Shown: piece by piece, positions 59,395 to 64,000 of the stretch | Position numbering within the stretch: the first letter of the stretch is position 1 | Layout of the letters: the number at the start of each line of letters is the position of its first letter | Assembly: GCA_043803815.1 (NCBI GenBank) | Contig: JAZDJR010000029.1 | Span: 1-64,000 of the forward strand | Direction of reading: 5' to 3' | Origin: Candidatus Micrarchaeota archaeon | GTDB taxonomy: Archaea > Iainarchaeota > Iainarchaeia > Iainarchaeales > JAGVWC01 | DNA length: 64,000 nucleotides | The notes under the pieces: model-generated | The model's input: the letters and a program-made list of their open reading frames with translations, nothing else | Databases searched by the model: none | Told to the model about the DNA's origin: nothing | Made by a program: the position numbers and the translations under genes

Positions 59395-60228
59395 TTAATT
59401 GGGCTCATTTTTCAGGCTGGCGTTGAAGCAGACATGGTTAAATGTGACATTATCCGTGGTCACTTCGATTTCAAGCTGTTGAACATCAATTGCAATTTCG
59501 GCGGACTGCTTGTCCGCGCTTAGAACAACGGTTTGGTTCCCGTTAATCCGAAAAGCCGGCTTTCCGGCGGGGTTTTGGCTTGCGGCGTCGTCCAAAAAAC
59601 CGAAGAACAAGGTTCCTTTCACGGGTTTGGAATATTTTAGCACTAAGGTTTTGTCCGAGAACGGGTGGGAAAAAACGCACAGCATTTTTTTGTATTCAAT
59701 CGGACTGTAAACGGTTGTTATTTTTTCCCAATAATTGGATCCGCAGATGAATGCATTGCCAAAAAAAGGACACGTTTTTTTTTCTTTGTTTTGCAGGGTA
59801 AACACTTCAAACTCTTTCAAATGTTCGCTTAGCAAAAAAACCTTTTTTTTGAACTGCAAAAAAGACGTTCGATAGGCGCAAATCGTTCCGACTTTGATTT
59901 CTTGGCTGCTCGAAAAAACGGTTCCGCAAAACGCCACTTTCCAATACGTTTCATACAATGATTCATCCGGATTGGCATTTGGTCGCGCGTCAAAACTCGT
60001 GAACCGGCCCATATGCGCGTCCAATGCAAAAAACCGCAGGTAATCGGGCTCAAAAACAATCTGCTGGCCAATCATTCCCTGTTTTTCCAAGGCCGCGTTC
60101 AGATTGTCCCATGCGCTTCCCAGCGGAATTTCGGAGTAAACCACGCTTCCCCATAACGCGATAAATGCCCACATTAAAAAAATTGCGAGCCGAATCCGCT
60201 TTGCTTTTTTTTCGGTTTTTGTATCCAT
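59395..60228 (-). CDS. Membrane-anchored hypothetical protein
   Basis: N-terminal TM, GAGG SD. Confidence 0.7.
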   Translation of the reverse strand: MDTKTEKKAKRIRLAIFLMWAFIALWGSVVYSEIPLGSAWDNLNAALEKQGMIGQQIVFEPDYLRFFALDAHMGRFTSFDARPNANPDESLYETYWKVAFCGTVFSSSQEIKVGTICAYRTSFLQFKKKVFLLSEHLKEFEVFTLQNKEKKTCPFFGNAFICGSNYWEKITTVYSPIEYKKMLCVFSHPFSDKTLVLKYSKPVKGTLFFGFLDDAASQNPAGKPAFRINGNQTVVLSADKQSAEIAIDVQQLEIEVTTDNVTFNHVCFNASLKNEPN

Positions 60229-60237
60229 TTTTTTTCC

Positions 60238-61368
60238 TCACATTGACAAAAGATAGATTGCTCCAAGAGCGACGGGAACCAGTTTAAAGAAAATGTTTGG
60301 CCGGTCAAAATAATGGGCAATAATTGCAAAGCAGCCGATGCTAAGAACATAGGTATAGCGAATGGTTTCGGGCAACGGGCGCAGGTTCACCGCAACTGCC
60401 ATAATGCCGATGCAAACAATCCAAAAAACCCAAAATTTGGGCATTTTTTGTTTTTCCAAGGCCAGAACGGCAAGACCCAGCAAAAAAACCGCGAAAATAA
60501 GAATTGCCTTGAATAAAAAATCCGAAACCAGAAACGGCCAAAAAATTTCCTTTATAAAGTCCCCCAAACGGAAAAAAACAACCGGCGTCAATGGAAGGCC
60601 GCCATTAAAGCGCGCAATGAGGCTTTCCCCGAACCGGACCGCATTTAGCAGGAAGAAAAAAATGCCCGCGAGTACAAACGGGACATATTTTTTCAGGTTT
60701 TTCCAGTCCGGTTTTTTGGATTCGCTGTTTTCTTTGAAAATCCAAAATTCGTACACCATAAGAATTACAAACAAGTAAAACGCCTCGATAAAAAGCGAGC
60801 CCAAAACAAAAAGCAAAAATGTCAGCAGGTAATAGCGCAGTTTTTTTTTGGACAGGAAATTCAGGAAAAAAAACAAGGTAAGCAATAAAAAAATAGCCGC
60901 CAATGGATGCCTTGTGCCTGACGCGATCCAATTAAGGGTGTTGATGTGCAATGGAAAAATAAAAAACAGCACCGAACCGACGTAGGCTGCCCATCGGCCG
61001 TACTCCATTTTTCGCAAGACAAAAAACAAGAGTACTGCCGCGGCAATATGAAACAAAAAAATGACGACGTGATATCCAAAGGCACCCGTGCCGAAAAATC
61101 TTGCAAACAACCCCCATTCCATGATGTCTAATGGCATGTAATGGGTCTGAGTATGAATCGTGGCTTGCTTAAAAAACGGGTCAAAGATTTTTTCAAGGCT
61201 GTTCCGCGTCTGGGCTTCGTTGTACATGGCCAAGTCATCTCCCCCTGAAATCGCGCCGTCCCACGAAAGCCTGGAAAACCCCGCCAAAAAAACCAGTATT
61301 GCAATCAGGGTAAATGAAATAATGGCAACTTTTTCGCCTTCAGAAGAAAACGTCCAATTTAGCTTCAT
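60238..61368 (-). CDS. GT-C fold (PMT-like) membrane glycosyltransferase
   Basis: GDD, Y.PL, YHVV..LFH, FPLH..NWI pattern, many TMs. Confidence 0.75.
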   Translation of the reverse strand: MKLNWTFSSEGEKVAIISFTLIAILVFLAGFSRLSWDGAISGGDDLAMYNEAQTRNSLEKIFDPFFKQATIHTQTHYMPLDIMEWGLFARFFGTGAFGYHVVIFLFHIAAAVLLFFVLRKMEYGRWAAYVGSVLFFIFPLHINTLNWIASGTRHPLAAIFLLLTLFFFLNFLSKKKLRYYLLTFLLFVLGSLFIEAFYLFVILMVYEFWIFKENSESKKPDWKNLKKYVPFVLAGIFFFLLNAVRFGESLIARFNGGLPLTPVVFFRLGDFIKEIFWPFLVSDFLFKAILIFAVFLLGLAVLALEKQKMPKFWVFWIVCIGIMAVAVNLRPLPETIRYTYVLSIGCFAIIAHYFDRPNIFFKLVPVALGAIYLLSM

Positions 61369-61456
61369 CCGATTGGTAAAATTACCAAAAATCAGTTAAA
61401 ACGACCATTTTTGGTAACCGCATCGGTTTTTTAACTTTGAAAGCAAACTATGTAAC

Positions 61457-62248
61457 ATGATTTCAAAACAAGGAATCCTGACTTTGGTCCTTTTATTGCT
61501 GGTTGCGACTTCCTGCCAGGCGGTCACGATCCAGGCATCCGACAAAATCGTAACCGGTTCGAACTGGAGCTTTTCCGTAAAGCTAGATTCAACAGACTTG
61601 TATTACACCTTAAACGTTTTACTCGACAGCCAAAAAATCGGTTCATTGTATTCCACAAACCCGCCGACGTTTGTTCCCGACCCGTTTAACGGCTCAATGA
61701 TTAATTCTTCCCGCTTTGCAAACCAGACTCTTTTTGTTTCCCTGACCGGACTTTCCGCGGGAAACCATGAACTCCGCGTGGAAACCTTTAATCAGGAAAA
61801 TGTGTCCCTGCAAAGCCAAACCAAGCCTTTTTTGGCAATCGAACCCGTGGACACGCAAATCCAAACCTCGATGAATCAAAGCGTTTTGACCCTTCAAACC
61901 CAAAACACCGCGCTTGTCCAGTCGATTGAAGAATTAAAGCAGACCAATGCGGGACTCAACAACCGTTTGGAACAGCAAAACGAATTGCTTGCAGAGTTCC
62001 AGCAAAAAATAAAAAACCTCACGAGTTCCTTGCAGTCATTACAGGACAACCAGTCTGCGGACAAGACCGTTATTCAAAACCTGCAAACCCAATTGGAATC
62101 GGTTCTGGCGGAGCAGCAATCCGCAAAAGCAAATACTGTAACGGGATTTGTTGGACTCAGAAACGCGACGCTCCTCGGAATCGGAGTTTTGGTTGTGATT
62201 GCCGTCGGATTTTTTGTTTACCGGCAACGCAAAAAAAGCGCGTATTAG
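61457..62248 (+). CDS. Secreted, C-terminally anchored coiled-coil protein
   Basis: Signal peptide, coiled coil, VTGF plus TM. Confidence 0.78.
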   Translation: MISKQGILTLVLLLLVATSCQAVTIQASDKIVTGSNWSFSVKLDSTDLYYTLNVLLDSQKIGSLYSTNPPTFVPDPFNGSMINSSRFANQTLFVSLTGLSAGNHELRVETFNQENVSLQSQTKPFLAIEPVDTQIQTSMNQSVLTLQTQNTALVQSIEELKQTNAGLNNRLEQQNELLAEFQQKIKNLTSSLQSLQDNQSADKTVIQNLQTQLESVLAEQQSAKANTVTGFVGLRNATLLGIGVLVVIAVGFFVYRQRKKSAY

Positions 62249-62376
62249 GACTGCAAAAAACACCGCTAATTTTTTGTTCTTTCAAAGAATGACTGCTCCC
62301 CGTTCTAAATAGGGAAATATCCGAAGCTTGACCTGGAAAATACCTTAAAAAACCGATTCAACCCAATTCTTGCATT

Positions 62377-62430
62377 GCGGAGATGGCTAAACCTCAGCTT
62401 TTTGCTTTGGGCAAAAACCTGGGAAAAAGC
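62377..62430 (+). pseudogene. Duplicated tRNA-Ser 5' end fused to intron-like hairpin repeat
   Basis: GCGGAGATGGCTAAACC (16/17 match to tRNA-Ser nt 1-17) then TCAGCTTTTTGCTTTGGGCAAAAACCTGGGAAAAA. Confidence 0.8.
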
Positions 62431-62448
62431 AGCTCTGAAAAATTTGAT

Positions 62449-62587
62449 GCGGAGATGGCTGAACCTGGTTAAGGCGCACGCCTGGAAACTCAGCTTTTTT
62501 GCTTTCAGCAAAAAACCTGGGAAAAAATTGTTTAGCCCGTGAGCGTGTGGGCGAAAGCCCTTGTGGGTTCAAATCCCACTCTCCGCG
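62449..62587 (+). tRNA. tRNA-Ser(GGA) with 54-nt intron (62488-62541)
   Basis: GCGGAGA/TCTCCGC acceptor, CACGC/GCGTG stem, GGGCGAAAGCCC variable arm. Confidence 0.92.
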
Positions 62588-62629
62588 CTTTCCTCAAAAT
62601 AGTCTTAAAAAAAAGCATTGGTGTTTTGA

Positions 62630-62761
62630 ATGAATCCCGACTGCCCCTGCCCCAAAACAACCTGCCCAAACCACGGCAACTGCGACAAATGCAAGGCGTA
62701 TCACCTCAAGGTGGGCGGGTTGTCGTACTGCAAGAGAAACCCGCAAAGAACGGGTTTGTGA
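62630..62761 (+). CDS. 43-aa Cys/His-rich microprotein
   Basis: CPC..C..HGNC..C..YH..YC pattern; GGTG SD. Confidence 0.7.
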   Translation: MNPDCPCPKTTCPNHGNCDKCKAYHLKVGGLSYCKRNPQRTGL

Positions 62762-62798
62762 ACAGGCGAATCCTTAAAATGAGAAACCCCCTGTTGAA

Positions 62799-63113
62799 TT
62801 GGAAACGCATTTTTGGATGATGATTATGAGTACTTTGGATTGGGTTTGCGACCGCGCCCTGGACGTGGACAGTTTTTTGCTCGGACTGGCTATTTTTGAC
62901 AAAGTGTTCAGGATGGATTTGTCCGCGCCGACGATTGAGGGGCGCATGGTGGCGGCTTTCGAGTTCGCGGTCATTATCCTGTTCGTGCAATGGGTCGTTA
63001 AAAAATACATTCAAAGCCATGTTCATTACAAGCGAAAGCTCTGGCAACTCGTAGCTCTCCTCATTTTGGGGGTTGGGCTTTCTTTTCTTACTGTTCTCGA
63101 ATTTCACGCGTAA
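62799..63113 (+). CDS. Small membrane protein
   Basis: Hydrophobic helices; start uncertain. Confidence 0.55.
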   Translation: METHFWMMIMSTLDWVCDRALDVDSFLLGLAIFDKVFRMDLSAPTIEGRMVAAFEFAVIILFVQWVVKKYIQSHVHYKRKLWQLVALLILGVGLSFLTVLEFHA

Positions 63114-63241
63114 ACCAAAGCGTTTTTCCGGTTTTTTTGGATTGGTGAATTTTTCCTCTTCCGCACCAAAATCATTTTAAAGCTTTAAATGCACGTTTTT
63201 AAGACATTTGAAGCACTTTTCATTCGTAAAATGGGGTCTTT

Positions 63242-64000
63242 ATGCGCGTTTTAATGCTTAATCCGCCTTTTTTCAAGGGGTTTTCTCGCTCCAGCCGCAG
63301 CCCGGGCGTTTCCAAAGGCGGGTGCGTATATTACCCGTTATGGCTGGGCGCAGCAACAGGCTGGCTTGAAAAACACGGCCACGAAGTCAAATTATTAGAC
63401 TGTCCTGTTGAAGAAATTACGACTGAAGATGTCGCCAAAATTTTGGACGAATGGAAACCCGAACTGGTGGTGTTTGATTCGGTTACCGCGTCCGCGACAA
63501 ACGATTTTGAAGTGGCCAGGCAATTGCGCTCCCATTCCAAGGCAAAATTCGTGTTTGTCGGAACCAGCCCCAGCGCTTTGCCAGAAAAAACTCTCAAAGA
63601 GTGCGATGCAATCGATTTGGTTACGCAGGCGGAATACGACAAGCAATTGCTGAACCTGGCCAACAATGTTCCGCTTGAAAAAATAAAAGGAATCAGCTAT
63701 CGGCTAAAAGACGGCAGCATCAGGCATAATCCGTCCGAAGAATTATTGACCGGAAAAGAACTCGACGAGTTTCCGTTCATGTCCGAGGTTTTTGCGCGCC
63801 ACTTAAAAATCAAAAATTATTTTTATCCGTCGGTTTTGTATCCCGAGACAACCATTGTGACGGGAAGAGGCTGCCCGTTTCACTGCACGTTTTGCGTCTT
63901 GCCGCAGGTCATGAACGACCACCAGTACCGCGCGCGCTCTCCCGAAAGCGTTTTTGCGGAAATGAAATGGATTCACGACAATTTGCCAGAAGTAAAAGAC
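63242..64000 (+). CDS. B12-binding radical SAM protein (HpnJ-like), runs off window
   Basis: MRVLMLNPP..YYPLWL N-terminus; GRGCPFHCTFC. Confidence 0.88.
   Translation, partial: MRVLMLNPPFFKGFSRSSRSPGVSKGGCVYYPLWLGAATGWLEKHGHEVKLLDCPVEEITTEDVAKILDEWKPELVVFDSVTASATNDFEVARQLRSHSKAKFVFVGTSPSALPEKTLKECDAIDLVTQAEYDKQLLNLANNVPLEKIKGISYRLKDGSIRHNPSEELLTGKELDEFPFMSEVFARHLKIKNYFYPSVLYPETTIVTGRGCPFHCTFCVLPQVMNDHQYRARSPESVFAEMKWIHDNLPEVKD

Noticed and set aside
1-64000. CRISPR array associated with the Csa3-like gene
   Set aside because: No regularly spaced repeat-spacer array or cas genes seen.

Overview
Archaeal chromosomal window, probably from a DPANN lineage (inference from archaeal promoter/SD signals, intron-containing tRNAs, shortened AlaRS and many orphan genes). 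The flanks carry host genes (HerA-like ATPase, RecJ-like nuclease, alaS, argS, a long RelA/SpoT homologue, adenylate kinase, RNase P RNA) and five tRNAs, four with introns. A ~29.8 kb integrative element (29402-59201) is inserted in the 3' end of tRNA-Leu(GAG), bounded by an exact 18-bp repeat with a tyrosine integrase next to the tRNA. A second, 2.2 kb integrase-less unit (27178-29401) with a diverged copy of the same att arm sits in tandem. The element encodes a minimal T4SS-like module, ArdC, an MmeI-like RM enzyme, and two divergent operons around a CARF-HTH regulator: GHKL/nuclease/UvrD/Mre11/Rad50 on one side, and Hjc-like nuclease/YdjM-like hydrolase/Gly-N-terminal proteins/QueC-like enzyme on the other. 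The QueC operon is the best candidate for an undescribed defence system. A hairpin repeat family occurs inside tRNA introns, behind duplicated tRNA 5' ends and downstream of a tRNA. All calls are from reading motifs by eye; no database searches were run.
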